DNA from: Trichosphaerium sp. ATCC 40318
Lineage: Eukaryota; Protista; Tubulinea
Reading direction: 5' to 3'
Assembly (NCBI GenBank): GCA_038496445.1
Contig: JALMLS010000257.1
Location: 1-64,000, forward strand
DNA length: 64,000 bases
The translations under genes were made by a program, and so were the position numbers. Under the pieces are notes generated by a model, which saw only the letters and a list, made by a program, of their open reading frames with translations, had not been told where the DNA came from and searched no databases. Positions 47,770 to 61,338 of the stretch are shown in pieces; within the stretch, counting starts at the first letter, position 1, and the number at the start of each line of letters is the position of its first letter.

Positions 47770-48695
47770 GGAGGGATGAGAAATTCTACCGAATTGGAGC
47801 AAAATCCACTCGAGGGGATTTTGATACAGTCACTCCACACACGCCACTACTATGTAAATAAAATTTTGGTGCCTTATAGTTGACGCTAAAGTTAGGAAAA
47901 GTAGTTAAGATTTATTTGATTTCAAAAATGCAACAAAAAAACACTCAAACTATTTATAGACCTTAATAACCTTGCAGATAAAGCTGCAGCCATGACTAAA
48001 ACACCTGTCATACCATCTGCGTATACACCCTTGGACCATACGCTCTAAAGATGCCACAATTACTGGCAATCTTTTCCTAAAACTCAAAGAACTTCTCCGT
48101 GCTAAACATATTAAAAACTTCAAATAACGCAATAAAAATTAACATCAAACTCCACACAAATCGCATCATACACGAATTCCTCAACAAACCAGACGACACA
48201 GACCCAACAGAACAATATAACGCTCATGCAGGAGGTAACAATCACATTTGCAAAGACAAATGGCCATCCAAAAGAAAACGCAAACTGTCTAAAGACCTCA
48301 TTGAGTTAGCAAAAATAGGTAACTCTGACATCAAATACAATCATAAAGACTATAACATAACATCTTAGTACCTCACTAATGACAACCAATCCAAAATTAA
48401 CTTCCGTGGATCACAAGGTTACGTCACTTCGGAACTCCTACAACAACTAACAGTTAAACTCAAAATCAACACTCAAAACACAATCTTCAAAAAAGAAAAC
48501 GGTCTACATGTGTCTACCCAATACGTCCGTTGGACAGCTTACAAAACAAATTAACAAATTCACATTCCCTCATTCCCTAACAATAACGAAGGAATAACGT
48601 AACCATCTTTAGCACAGGAGAACCAACTCTGCAGAGGGCTCTTTAGGTAGTCAACCGGATTCTCCTGGGTAAATATCACTTTCTTCTTCTTCTTC
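47770..48695 (+). mobile_element. Non-autonomous LINE-derived insertion with 12-bp direct repeats and (TTC)n tail
   Basis: TAAAAACACGTG at 47758-47769 and 48696-48707. 3' tail TTCTTCTTCTTCTTC. A/C-rich broken ORF with RNase-H-like LNNLADKAA. Stem CAGGAGAA...TTCTCCTG in the 3' UTR. Confidence 0.6.
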
Positions 48696-48820
48696 TAAAA
48701 ACACGTGACTAACAAATACCCACGTGGCTTCAAGTCTTCGCACTCACATAGTTCAGCAGCCATTCTAAACGAAGGCTACACGTATTTACAAAGACATCAG
48801 TTCAAGCTTATTTTACATAA

Positions 48821-49765
48821 ATGGAACAAGTAACGCACTTATTTTACCTTACTATGCTCCCAGTTGAAGTAATAGTTCATATTCTTAAACAAGGGCCATA
48901 CACACTTCGTTCAGCCCAAACATGCCGCTTATTGCGAGATATCGTTCATACTCATGTTGGATATGGTAAAATCTATGTTTTAGACAGAAGTGAAGTGAAA
49001 ATTCTATCTGGTAGTCCATTACTGAAGAACTCAGCAATTTCTTTTGATTACTTTACTAACGTAACTGACAGACACGTACAATTACTAGCAGGCATTCACA
49101 CCATCATTCTAAGACATTGTACCCGAATAACAGATGATAGTTTGGAGGCATTGGCCGGTGTACACACAATTCACTTAAAGCTTTGTAAGTATATAACAGA
49201 TGAAGGTGTGAAGGCATTGGCTGGTGTACATGAGATTGATTTATCCATGACAAATATAACAGATGAAGGTTTGAAGGCTTTATCTGGTGTACACACTATT
49301 CGCTTACGGTATTGTAACTCAATAACAGCTGAAGGTTTAAGGGCGTTGGCTGGTGTACATAAAATTGATTTATATTGTGCCTCAACAACAGATGAAGGTT
49401 TGAAGGCGTTGGCTGGTGTACATGAGATTGATTTGGCCATGGCAGAAATAACAGATGAAGGTTTGAAGTCATTGGCTGGTGTACACACTATTCACATTGC
49501 CTCTTGTTACTTAATAACAGATGAAGGTGTGAAGGCGTTGGCTGGTGTGCATACAATTGATTTATCACAAACAAATATAACAGATGACAGTTTGAAGTCA
49601 TTGGCTGGTGTGCATACAATTGATTTATCACAAACAAACATAACAGATCAAGGTTTGATATTTTTGGTAGGTGTGCATACTATCAATATCACCCATTGCT
49701 ATAGTATAACGGATAAGGGCATTGAAGTACTAAATAGCGCGTTTAAGATAATCAGAGGGTATTAA
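48821..49765 (+). CDS. Intronless F-box + LRR protein, 314 aa
   Basis: LTMLPVEVIVHIL; TLRSAQTC...HVGY shared with paralogs at 9120 and 22006; about 10 LAGVHxIxL repeats. Confidence 0.9.
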   Translation: MEQVTHLFYLTMLPVEVIVHILKQGPYTLRSAQTCRLLRDIVHTHVGYGKIYVLDRSEVKILSGSPLLKNSAISFDYFTNVTDRHVQLLAGIHTIILRHCTRITDDSLEALAGVHTIHLKLCKYITDEGVKALAGVHEIDLSMTNITDEGLKALSGVHTIRLRYCNSITAEGLRALAGVHKIDLYCASTTDEGLKALAGVHEIDLAMAEITDEGLKSLAGVHTIHIASCYLITDEGVKALAGVHTIDLSQTNITDDSLKSLAGVHTIDLSQTNITDQGLIFLVGVHTINITHCYSITDKGIEVLNSAFKIIRGY

Positions 49766-50133
49766 CCAAGAAAAGTAAACAGTAACAGCTGCCCAACATG
49801 GGTCTTGAATATAGCCATAGACTTGTGATATCATTGAAATAAAAACAACTAAAATCATACCTTTCACGTGGTTACTCTCCTTTGTCTTTGCATCTAAGTT
49901 TGTTGTTTACCATTATGACTTGTACTGTAACTTATGAATTTAAAAAAAAGAAAACACTGAAACAGGGTTTACATTGATACTTTTTTATTCATTTTTTACT
50001 TTTATGTTACATTGTTTTTTTTTTTTGGTTATTTTTCGGGTTTTTTTTTAATCTTTATCACAACAATCCGAAAAGAATTTATCTAAAGTCACATGTTCAT
50101 GTCTTCTTGCTTTCATACATAATCAAGTATAGG

Positions 50134-52606
50134 TCACCTAAATGGAAAACCCGTATTAGTAAAAAGAAACAACAAAAAAAAACAACAAAAACATTCAATC
50201 AAAAATCGAACAAAGCTAAGGACGTACAGTATTACAACTTCTTCACACGTTAAATCAATACTATTAGTTAAATCTATTGTTGTTGTTGAAGTAACAGGTG
50301 AAGTGACTTTACTAGCACTACCAGCGAGTTCTTTATTCTTAGGTGGAGTGCTAAGATAAGCCCTCAATCCTTCAGCATTCATTGTACCACCAACACTAGC
50401 ATGTGGATCTAAAAACCGTGCATTCTGACGTATAGGTGCAGTAGAAGGTTGAGGTGAAAGTGTTGCTTCAGCAACAGCAGCAGGTAGTTTTACTACGCAA
50501 TTTCTAGCTGTTGTAGGGTCAAGAAACTGCCTGCTCTGAATTTGTGCTAAAGACATTCTTCTTTCAGGTTGTGTTGTCGCTGCTGTAGGCAGTGGGTGCG
50601 GTGTATGTGTAGGTGAGTGAGTGACACGATGTGTCATTGTTTGAGGAGGTGATGTGTGATTTGTTGTTGGTTCTACAGCTCTGGGAGGTGTAGTTTGAGG
50701 TGTATTTTGCTTTGGTGGGGTAACTGGAGGGGTAGAAGCTTTTTCAACAGCAGAGGACTGTTTCTTAGTTGCCACAGGAGCTGGTCTTCTAAGTGATGAT
50801 AAAAATTTGATGCCTTGAACATTGAGAGATGTATTGGCGTTAAATAAACTCTTGAACATTTCATGCACAATTTTTTGCCTACAAAGAACACGTGAGTACC
50901 AACAAAAGACTAAAATTAGAACGCTTACTTTCATTAAAAAAAATCCAAAAAAAAACCTGCTACTAACCTTGGTGGTACAGGCGCTGATTGCTGTGGTGTA
51001 ATTTGTCTTCGTGACTTATTTCGTCCAAGATTTGTTGGTCTATTTGGAACAGCCACTCCAGAAGATACCCTTCTCTTTGCTGATGATGTTTTGGGTTTTG
51101 TTCGTGGTCTACCTCTTTTTTTGGCTCCAGCATGTACATTTTTACGCTGTGTGTAATTTGTTCTTCCTCCAGTTCCTGAAGCTCTTCCAGTACGCAAAGG
51201 AGCTGTTCTAGCACCTGAAGGTGTCCAAGCAGCTGCACCATCAACACCATCCTCAAACCAATTGTCTGCGTCAGGAGACCAAGCATCTGGAGCATCAGGG
51301 TTCCAAGCATCTTCTCCATCAATTACACGAGACGCTCTTGACAATCTATGAGATCTAGGTTTTGTAGTTGGTTTCGGTCCCATAACTAGCCTGATTCTTC
51401 TTAGTTTGGTTACTGCAGCTGGTGCCACTCGTTGTACAGTATGTTGTGGAAGCTGTTGTACTTGTTGTGGTTGTGCCCGTGGTTGTGGCTGTGGTCGTGG
51501 TTGTAGCCGACGATTTTGTACCACCATAGTCAGCGGCGAAGTGTTTGAAGCAGCGATATTTGTTGGAGCTGTAGGCCTTGGAATAATGACAGGGTTCTCG
51601 TTGCGTATTCTCTTAGGCGTTGGTTGCTTCGAGAGATAGTAAGCAAAGCGAGAAAACGATATTTAGGCTTGATTTTTTTTTATAGAAGAGAAATTTCGTT
51701 AATTTTGGCGTTTGTAGAATTTTCTGGTTTTATGCCAAGTCAGAGATTTTTTCTTGTGGGTTTGGAAAAATTATGTTTTGCTTCGTTTTCTCACTTACAT
51801 CTGTATTATCTACTTCATTTGGTCTTTGACGCTTACGCACTTTAAGTTTAAGAGCGCCTGATGCTATTCCTTCTTGAACTAGTGAAGTTATAAGCAAAAT
51901 ACGCTAAAACAACGCAAATTATTTTTTCGTCTTGTTTTGTGCGTGTTGTGGATGTTGGTAAAGGTGTACATACTCAGTTGTCCTTTATCTTTATAAGTTT
52001 GTTTAGCATTTTCGCTCATAGACCTCCACACAGAACCTGCAAGCGAGTGTTAGTCATTTCATCAATAACTTCGGTAAAAGAACGAAAAAAATCGCTACGG
52101 TTCTTCAAACTGTGCTAAGGACTTATTTGTAAACCACACAGTCAATTGTACCGAGATTATGACGATGTAAAACGCGGTAAATGGAATTTAAAGAATTTTT
52201 TGTAGTACAGTTGTTGCGTACCAAGTGAGCTTGTTGTTGGCGCAGCCTTTTGTTCTTTTTTAGCAAGCTGGCGTTGTTCCATGCAAAAAATGTAGAAAGG
52301 CGTTGGCGCTTTTATTGGACGCTTCCCGGCCAATATTTCCTTGCCCAGAGCAGTTGTGCCTCTTGACGAAGGGCCTGGTATTCTGAGGCGGGTCGTAGAA
52401 GCCATTGGAATCGTTGTATTAGAGTTACCCAATAACTGCAACGTTCTTGCAGTGGTTGCGCGGCTATTTGGTGTGTTTTCAGCTACAACAGTGTTTTCTC
52501 TTGATATAAAGTCTAGAGTAGATCCTCTGCCCTGTACAGAGTTCTAGATGCAATAGAGAGTTAACTTTTGTAGCATTATCACACTGTGTTGCGCTACCTG
52601 TGACAT
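50134..52606 (-). CDS. HMG-box protein with AT-hook and low-complexity P/T/Q-rich regions, multi-exon
   Basis: KRPIKAPTPFYIFCMEQR...L|GSVWRSMSENAKQTY (HMG box); KKRGRPR (AT-hook). Ends are approximate. Confidence 0.65.
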
Positions 52607-53049
52607 TTAGCAGCCGTTAAATTAGTATAACCCGAAGAGACGTGTTGGCATTGCGCACAAAATCATCACTCGACTGTTTTGTTAAGTTAGTCAATCTATT
52701 TCCAAAAACAAGTGTCATCCGTCGTTAGTAACACTTCTTGGAGTAGATCATGGTGATAGCAACCAAAAATAGTACTACTCCTGTGGGTGATACGAAACTG
52801 TTGATTGTATTAGTTTTGTATTTGAGGAAACTTAATGATATTTTTAGACTCTGACACTGGTTGCTTGTGAGCTCACGTGACATTATTAATGTCCTGTAGC
52901 TATTCATTTATTAATACAATATTCAACACGTGCTTACTCAACTTTTTAGATTGTCCTTGGTGGACAAACGGTATTTTTTTTTCTTTTTTTCTAACTCTCT
53001 TTTAGTAGCAATGGACAACAATTCGTTCCTTTAGTTAGTGGACACCAAT

Positions 53050-53245
53050 CACATGGAAGAGCTTGAGGTAATTAAAGATGAAATGAACGTGCTGGTAGCT
53101 CAACAGTGTCAAACTGGTTTGACATTTATTGTTAGTATTTGAAAGTGTACAACAAGCATGGCATAAAGCTGCTTGAGAAACGGATGGAAAGACAGAAATA
53201 AGCTACCAATTTTGCACGGTTGGATTTATGATGTTGCTACGTTCA
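53050..53245 (+). pseudogene. Beta-carbonic-anhydrase C-terminal remnant
   Basis: Broken reading gives EMNVLVAQQ..., VQQAWH..., ILHGWIYDVAT, resembling the beta-CA E.NV..Q / VQ.AW / LHGW.YD motifs; no intact ORF. Confidence 0.5.
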
Positions 53246-53504
53246 GATAAATCTACGTGTCTGACATTGATCAAAGATTCATCTGTTATTTGTCACCAAA
53301 AATACAAACAGCGTACACATTCCATGGAACATTTTTAGCTTACTCTTTCCTAGACTCACTCAGCTTATCATATTTTATGTCAACGAGTCACAGAGAATTG
53401 CTCGTGGTTAAATTTAATCAGCCCATACAAACCCCTCAGAAAGAAGCGGAACTTCTGTTTCTCTGAATGTTTACAGTATTACAGTTCCTTTTGTATAAAC
53501 AAGC

Positions 53505-56500
53505 ATGTTAAAGTTTGCATCCGATTTAGTGTACGCTGGCGACGAAGACGACGAAGATTTGGTACGTGATAAGAAAACCGAAAAATAACACACGTTCTAT
53601 GGCTTTAAAAAATAGCCTACGCTGATACAGACGTAGAGTATCTCCAATTCAAGTATTGACGACGAAGATTGCTTTATAGTAAGCCCTCCACCTCCTCTAT
53701 CCAGTTCTTCCAACCTAGAGACGACTCAGGATCGATTAAATCAACCACAAGGGTAAACGTCTTTTTGTTTTTTTCAAAACCGTCTATCAACGTTTCTGTC
53801 CGCGTACAAGACTTAACCGAAAGCGTTTTCACTTCTTCTGTTCAAATAATAAACTTATTGTAGTCCTTTCAGCCAGCAACCGCTTCAACCTACTCAACCG
53901 CTTAGACCGAACGTTAACCAACCGCCATCGTATCCTGCTTTTCTTTCACGTACGCTTCCTATACCTCTTCTCCTCCCAATCTTATCATTCTTCTCTCTAA
54001 CCTCCACTAGCTTCCATACAACCGAACGTATCACAGGATGATGACTATGGATCCCTACCCCTTCCATACTCTGATTTAGGTTCTAGCAACGCCTCGTCAG
54101 GGTTTGGAAGCAGCAATAGCGTGAACCACAACATAGGATCAAGTTTTGGTAATACTGCTTCACGTGGACTCTCACGTGGTCCATCTGCTTTTGGTAGTAC
54201 CAACTCAAGTGCCCCTTACTACCATTCTATACCTACAAGAGGAAACTCAGAATACGATACAGCGTCGCCGTTTGGAAGTAGCAATACAGGTCCCGGGTTC
54301 GAAGGAGCAACCAATAGCTATTCAACTCGTCCTTCACAATTTGGTGGTACTGCTTCACCTTTTGGTGGTAATAATGCTTCACCTTTTGGTAATAGCAGGA
54401 CCACGTCAGGTTACGGGACTGTTAACCAATCAAGTTATAACACAAACACATCACAAGATAGTGAATACGGAACACTGCCAAATTCATCTTCACCTTTTGG
54501 TGGTAATAATTCTTCACCTTTTAGTGGTAGTAATGCTTCACCTTTTGGTGGTAATAATGCTTCACCTTTTGGTGGTAATTTGAGCGCGGGAAATAATTCA
54601 CAATTTGGTGGCAATGCTTCTCCTGTTGGTGGTAATAATTCTTCACCTTTTAGTGGTAGTAATGCTTCACCTTTTGGTGGTAATAATTCTTCACCTTCTG
54701 GTAATAGGACCACTTTAACTTTCGGCACTGTTAACCAAGCAAGTAATAACACAAACGCATCACATGACGATCCGTATGCAATACTGCCTCCTCAAGCGCC
54801 TTTTGGGAATAACAACCGTTCTGTTTCGAATTTTGGGCACCAGCATTCTCCAATTGGAGTAAGTAATCCACCACGTCCAAAGAGAATGAGAAAGTCTCCG
54901 AAGGAGAAGAAAACAACATTTAACCTCTCAAATAAGGAACAAAAGAAGAGTGCGAATACAAATATACTTGCAGTAGAGTACGTTATTTTCGGTTTCGGTT
55001 TCTTAGAACATTTTTTCTTTTTGGTTTGTTTAACACGTGCAATATTGTTACTGCACGACACTTTTATTGTTGTGTTTATTGTGTGCTAAGTATCTATTTT
55101 TGTTTAGTTTGGGCAAGCTTGCAGATGATGCGGATGTTGTTACAGGAGATCCTCTATTTTGCAAAAATTGTCGTGCACTTTTTAATAACAAGAGGTATGT
55201 CAGCGTTCACTTTTTAGTTAGAGAACTATTATCAGTTTGAATTTACATTAACATAATTATTAGTGTGACAGAGTCAAAAGAAGACGATTTATTTTGGTCA
55301 TGTGAGTTCTGTGGTGAGAAACAAGAGATCTTTATCGAAGACGAAGAGGTACACTTATTGTTTTTTTGCGTGTGTTGTTTCTTTTTTAACCCCTTTGAGT
55401 TAGATACCAAAATCCAGTTCTTGTGATTATGTTATAGATGCTTGTAATATTAAGCCTACATCAGACTCTGCAGAGACAACTATTATTTTCGTTCTTGATA
55501 TTTCAGGGTACTTTCTATGTTTCTATTTATAGATTTTGTGATTTTGTATTGACTGCGTGACATGCCTTTCTCTAAGCAACACATCAATATTTTACAATAG
55601 TCTAAACTTACGATACAGTAATTCTTACAATGTCGCGTATTGCACGTGATTTTGTTGCGTTCTGAATCAATACAACAGTTTTAATTTCGTATACGTGGTT
55701 TATAGTCTAATTGTTTTCTTAAAGGTCCATGTGCGTCACTTCTCCTATTGCTGGAAACCATAAACTCCGAGGAAATACAGATAAAGAATGGCAATCAGTA
55801 TTACAACAATACCAGCATAACTATCATCAACCAAACTCTTCAGGTATCCTATCAGCAAAAAATCTGAATAAGCAGTTTTTTTGTTTGAAGTACTGACATA
55901 CTCGTAGTAACGTACATTTCTCGCCTTCAATGTGTTCAAGCTGCAATAGAGAGCCAACTTAAAAATCTCAAAACGGAACACCCAAACGCAAAAGTAGGCC
56001 TTGTGTGTTTCAACAGCGAGGTGCTTATATTTGGTGATGGAACTCAGGTACAATCAATAAGAAAAACAAAGAACGACAAAACTCGTTATTACACCATCTG
56101 TGTCTGCGTAACGCCGAAGTACATTAATACCTAGCGCGTTAATGTACATTTTTGTTTCTGTTTAAGTTCAGGCGTATTGACTAGGCAGGAGAAGGGAAAA
56201 GCGCCAGCAATCTAATAGTTTTTTTTTTGTTTTTTTTTTGGAGCCTTAAAACAAAACGTACCACTTTGGTGCATAACGTGTATTGCTCCAAAAATAATAT
56301 TGTAAATAGGATATCACTGTTGTTACTGGAGATAAGTTACACGATTATGATGCTTTGCTAGAAGGTGGAAGAAAATACCAAGTTCAAAACGAAATTTCCG
56401 TTTCTCATGATCCTCTCGTAAAGAAACTCTTCGATTTGGAGGAAAGAGGAGCTACTGCACTCGGACCTGCTATTCTTGTTGCCATAGGAATGGCTGAAGG

Positions 56501-58450
56501 ATCGCCTGGAGCCAAAATTGTTTTAGCAACAGGCACGGAGTACTTTTTTGTACAAAATGAGTTTTCTAATTTATGACTTCTATAGATGGTCTTGCAAATA
56601 TGGGTATAGGTTCACTTGATACATTCGGTATCGCCCCAGATATGGCTAAACAGTTTTATGATAAAACTGCTACGTATGCTTTAGAAAAAGGTGTCACAGT
56701 GTCTGTCCTTGGGTATGTCTTTTTTTTTTCTTTATTATTTCTTGTTTTTTTTGATTGTTGTCTCTGACTTTTTTCCCTTAGTATTAAAGGAGAAGATATC
56801 AACCTTGCTACTCTAGGTAAACTAGCAGATGTAACGTACGTGTTTTATTATTTATCTTTATTTTTCATAACGCACGTGTTATCTTGCTAATGAAAGATGA
56901 AGTTCTGGTGATGTTGACACTGTTGATCCAACAAAAATTACAGACACCTTTGCGAATATATTAGCGGCACAACTTGTTGCTACTAAAGTTGAAGTGAGAG
57001 TTTTCTTGCATAAAGCTTTTGGGTTTGTAACATACGATGAAGATAAAGATGAGGTACTAAAAAATTGCTTACTCATTTGCAAAAAGACCTTTCTTTGATT
57101 GTTTAGTCTTGGTATCTTTTCTTAACTCCGCTCATTCCCACCATATTCAAGTGGTATTCAATTAATTTATTAATACTCCTTAATGGTGGTTGTGGAGTGC
57201 GAATTACCTTTTAGTTTTTTTACCTTTATATTTCAGTCTTTAGTTGAACTCCACGTTCTTGTCTGATTAGTTCTTGAGCAGTACGTTTGGTATTTATTAT
57301 ATTCTCTAGGAAAAATCAGATAGTGCAATGGCATCTAAATCTGTTGGAAATGCCTTTTCAGATTCTGAGATAACTTTCGAATATGTGCTTAAATCAAAAG
57401 ACGAACTTAAAGGAATTCTGAAAAAAGATGAAAAATCAGAGGACGACAATGATGAACATTCATTACCTTTTCAAATACAAGTATGTTAAGAACAATTAAT
57501 AATACTACTACTACATTGATTTTAATACAAACACGTGATATCTCTTATTTGATGACTTTTATTGGCGATTAACTTTTTTGTGCTTAGATTGAGTATACTA
57601 AGATGAATGGAATGCGATGTATTCGTGCTTTCACTGCTACTAAAAAAATTACTACAAATAAGATAGAAGCTCAAAAAAATATAAATGTTGGTGTTGTTGG
57701 TATGCATGCTAATCAACAAGCAGCTGCAAGATGCTCTAGAGGTAATTTTTTGAAGGAAAAATCTCGTGTACCACTTGGCTTTTTTACTTTGTATCGGGTT
57801 TTTTTAGTATTGTTCTTCTACCTGGGTTTTAATCCTTACGTTCGTACTTTTAGGTGATTTTTACGGTGCTGTACAATCAAATGCAGGTTTTGGAAGTCTG
57901 ATACGTAACAATATAAGAACTCCATCACAAAGAGAGGTAATTGTTGGTTTTTTTTTGTATGCTCAGTTCTTTTTAAGGTTTATGGTCGTTGGGCGAACCA
58001 TCAAAATGCTTTCAATAATCAAATGCTTCAAGCACATCAATCACAACAGATGCATTACGCACAACAAGCTCCACAAGTACGTTACAATTAAACAACGCAA
58101 GCACCGCTTTTTCTTTTGTTTTGTAAAATTCTTGGAAGTGTTTTTTGCCATTGCTGATCTTGGTTGTTTTAGAGTGGATTCGGTCAATCATCCAACCAAC
58201 AACCGCAACAAAGACGAGGGAGTTATAGGCCTGATGATGCAACTTCTGCTATGATCTCAGGGTTTGGTGTACGTGATTCAAATTACTTGTTGTCTGTTTT
58301 TAAGTTACCACGTAATTCATTGGAAAATTGCCACGAGTTTGTTGTTGTTTTCCCTGAGTTTTTAGGCCATTTCCCACTAAACTTACGGTTGTATACTTGT
58401 CTAAATTTTGTTTTAGCACTCTCGCCAAGCAAGAAACTTCAAGTGATTGA
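53505..58450 (+). CDS. Sec23/24-type Zn finger + vWA protein resembling Dictyostelium circularly permutated Ras protein (CPRas) C-terminal region, with S/G/N-rich repeats
   Basis: TGDPLFCKNC...WSCEFCG, FVLDISGSMCVT, YISRLQCVQAAI, GATALGPA, LATDGLANMGIGSL. No Ras motifs were seen. 24-bp SPFGGNNA repeats at ~54340-54700. Confidence 0.75.
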
Positions 58451-58823
58451 GTACTTGAACGCTGAAGTGTCGGTAGAAATTGTAATGATGACCATTTTAC
58501 TTCTTCACGCACATTTGTTAATACACAACTAAATAAAGCCTTTGATTTTCTATGCGTATACCTTTTTTCAGCAGAGGATAAAGGCAACCTGTTGTTTGTA
58601 AGATTTGTTGAAACTTATATGCTAACACCTTGTGATAATGTCAGAAAACGAAATAACCACATCAATCTACAAGTACGTTCGACTTAAAGTTGGCTAAACA
58701 TCTCAACGTGATTTGACAGATTATACGACAGGTTATCCAGGTTAACTTACTCCAAACGTGACATACTGTTAAGCGATACTTAAAGTGAGTGTCGTATTTA
58801 CAACAAGCTCGCAGCTAATTGTC

Positions 58824-60948
58824 ATGTACTCTTCTGTATCTGTATTGGCATTTATTCTCGTTATATACTTCGCTGAGAGCACGTGTATCGTTGTTTCAAG
58901 ATGTAAATGGCAAAATACAACCTATGTCTTACACAATATCACAAATAATGGCAAAGGTTGCGAGCAAGGTAAATAGTACTTTAATTAGCCATAATTTATA
59001 AGTTTACTATGCTTTTCGCTTTAACAAATGTTAATTAGGTTTCAAACCACTAAAGCTGGATAGCATACTTGAATCGTCCGTGATGAGTTTATTCCCGGTA
59101 CACTTAATTTCCTTTTTTTCAAAAAACGCCATAAAACGAATTCGACATTTATCACGTGTTTTTTTTTCAACCTAAATTTCAGCCGAGTTATCCTTGTTCC
59201 TACCATAAAAAGGCTAGTATCTTGAAGATATAACCGCGCTGTGAAGCATTTGTAACATGTACAGCGTGGAACCTTACAACACTAAAAACATTTTGTGTTG
59301 TGCTACTATTTCTGATAAAATGTAGAGCCTGCGTTTGGATATTACATACAACAGTACAGATAACTTTTGGTATGATGCTACTGTCGTAAATCGTATTACA
59401 ATGCATAAGGAATATCCAGTTACCAACCGTACCTGCCCAACGCTGCAAGGAGGAGTAAGCATTCCAAAAAAAAGCCAGAAAAAATCACTTTGACGCACGT
59501 TTTTGATCAAGTCGATTAACGTTCTTTGTTAGGTTATAAGAAATAACTGTGAGTCTGATCACTTTGTTTGTGAAGGTACATCAAGTGCAGTTTCACAACC
59601 TTGCATACAAATAAGTCGGGGTGTACCTTGTGAGCATTTTAGAAGTAGTTCCGGTATGTTGGTTCAGGCTTTTGGTTCTATTGCTTACTCTACCTAACAT
59701 GGTCCCCAGGTAACTGCTATAATGTTATTTCTAGTAAACACACCTGGCCTGAAGCTCAAGGTAGTACTATAAACCAAAGAAAAGGCTTCTTTATTCTAAG
59801 TGTTTTCAAAACAGGAATTTGTTTGAAACATGGCGGATATCTTGCCACAGTTAACAACAAGGATGAATTCGATTTCATAGAAAATATCCTTAGAGGATTA
59901 AACTTTTCTACTTCTTGGATTGGACTAACAAGTGGATACAGAGAGCACTTAGATTTCAAATGGGTGCGATACTATTTTTTTTTGCCTTTTCTGTTTTTGT
60001 TTACAATTTTACACCTAACCAGGCAGTGACCAATGAATCACGTGATTTTGGAAGTGACCTTAAGGATAGTCCGTGGGCTGAAAATGAGCCGGGGAATATA
60101 CAAGTTAATGGTGTATCAGAAAACTGTGTTTTTACTAACATGCGCGATAATAATGGATTAGTCTGGCGTGACTCAGTTTGCAGCTCAACTAATCGATTCA
60201 TATGCGAGATTGAACCAAATGTAGGTATGTAGAAATTTAGGTTTTTGAATCTATATCTAGCTACGGAGCAACGCAGTAGATGAGATGTCTAGACTACATG
60301 CTCTACATACTTTTTTTCAAAAGCCAATTTCTGTTTGCAATTTCTTCCTTCTAGCAGTGCCATCACCTCCTCTCATTGTGTTTTTAGAAGACTTAGTATA
60401 CGCCGATGATAGTTCCGTTATCTTACTTGATACTGATATTTCAGTAGATGGTACCCTTCCTTAGAATATTGTTGAAACTTGTATTTTGCACTTTCTACAA
60501 AGCCTTGTGTATTAAATCCGTTTTGAGGTATGGCTTTTTTCAGAAATACAACACTTAAACTTGTGGGAAGCAATACGAACCTAAGTGTAAGTGGTTGCAT
60601 AAATGGGGAATTTTACATTGATACTTTTTCAATTGAGGTACGTACCCTAAAAATTACATTGTAATATTCTCACTCATATACTCTTTTAATCACGTGATTT
60701 ACTCTAACAATATTATTACTCTAACAATATTATAGGTAGCTTCAATTATCATATCGCAATACAAGGAATGTAAAGAGGTCACACCGGAAGTCATCTCTGG
60801 TGAAAACCAATGTGTTCAACAAAAGCGGTCTTCTTCAAGCTTTTTAACTATTCTCACCATCAAAGTTTCAAAGTGTAGCAACAATACTGGTCGAGTGGTG
60901 GTAGTAACATGGGCATTGCTTCTATCTGTAGTTTATTTGGTATTGTAA
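58824..60948 (+). CDS. C-type lectin domain membrane/GPI-type protein, multi-exon
   Basis: Signal peptide; CY...TWPEAQ..C...GGYLATVN...WIGL...FKW...WAENEP...ENCV...WRDSVC...FICE; hydrophobic C-terminus. Confidence 0.8.
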
Positions 60949-61338
60949 TAAGACATTAAATGCTTGGTATGGATACAATCTAGCTAGTCCACCAACTGAG
61001 AGGACTTAAATAAATTCTTTTTCCATTAATGTGGAACTTCCCAAATTCAAACTTTCTACTCATTAAAAGGTTAGTTCGTGCTTTGAATTATTTCTATGTA
61101 GAGATGCAAGGCCGAAATACTAATAGTATGTCTAATACTTGGTGCGTTAGAATAAGAAGGAAGTCCTAGTTCCAATTTCATTTCTTTTTCCGATTTCACT
61201 ATTTTCGGAAGAATTCGCAAGACTGTGTGAGTTGTCTACTGTTAGTAAACTCGTATTGGAGAGATTGTTATTGTTCAGTTTATCTACAACCAGTTCTACA
61301 ATACAAACTGCTTACTCTTACCATCAATGACAACTCAA

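Noticed and set aside
60699-60732. 17-bp tandem duplication in an intron
   Set aside because: Simple slippage duplication of the branch-point region with no wider pattern.
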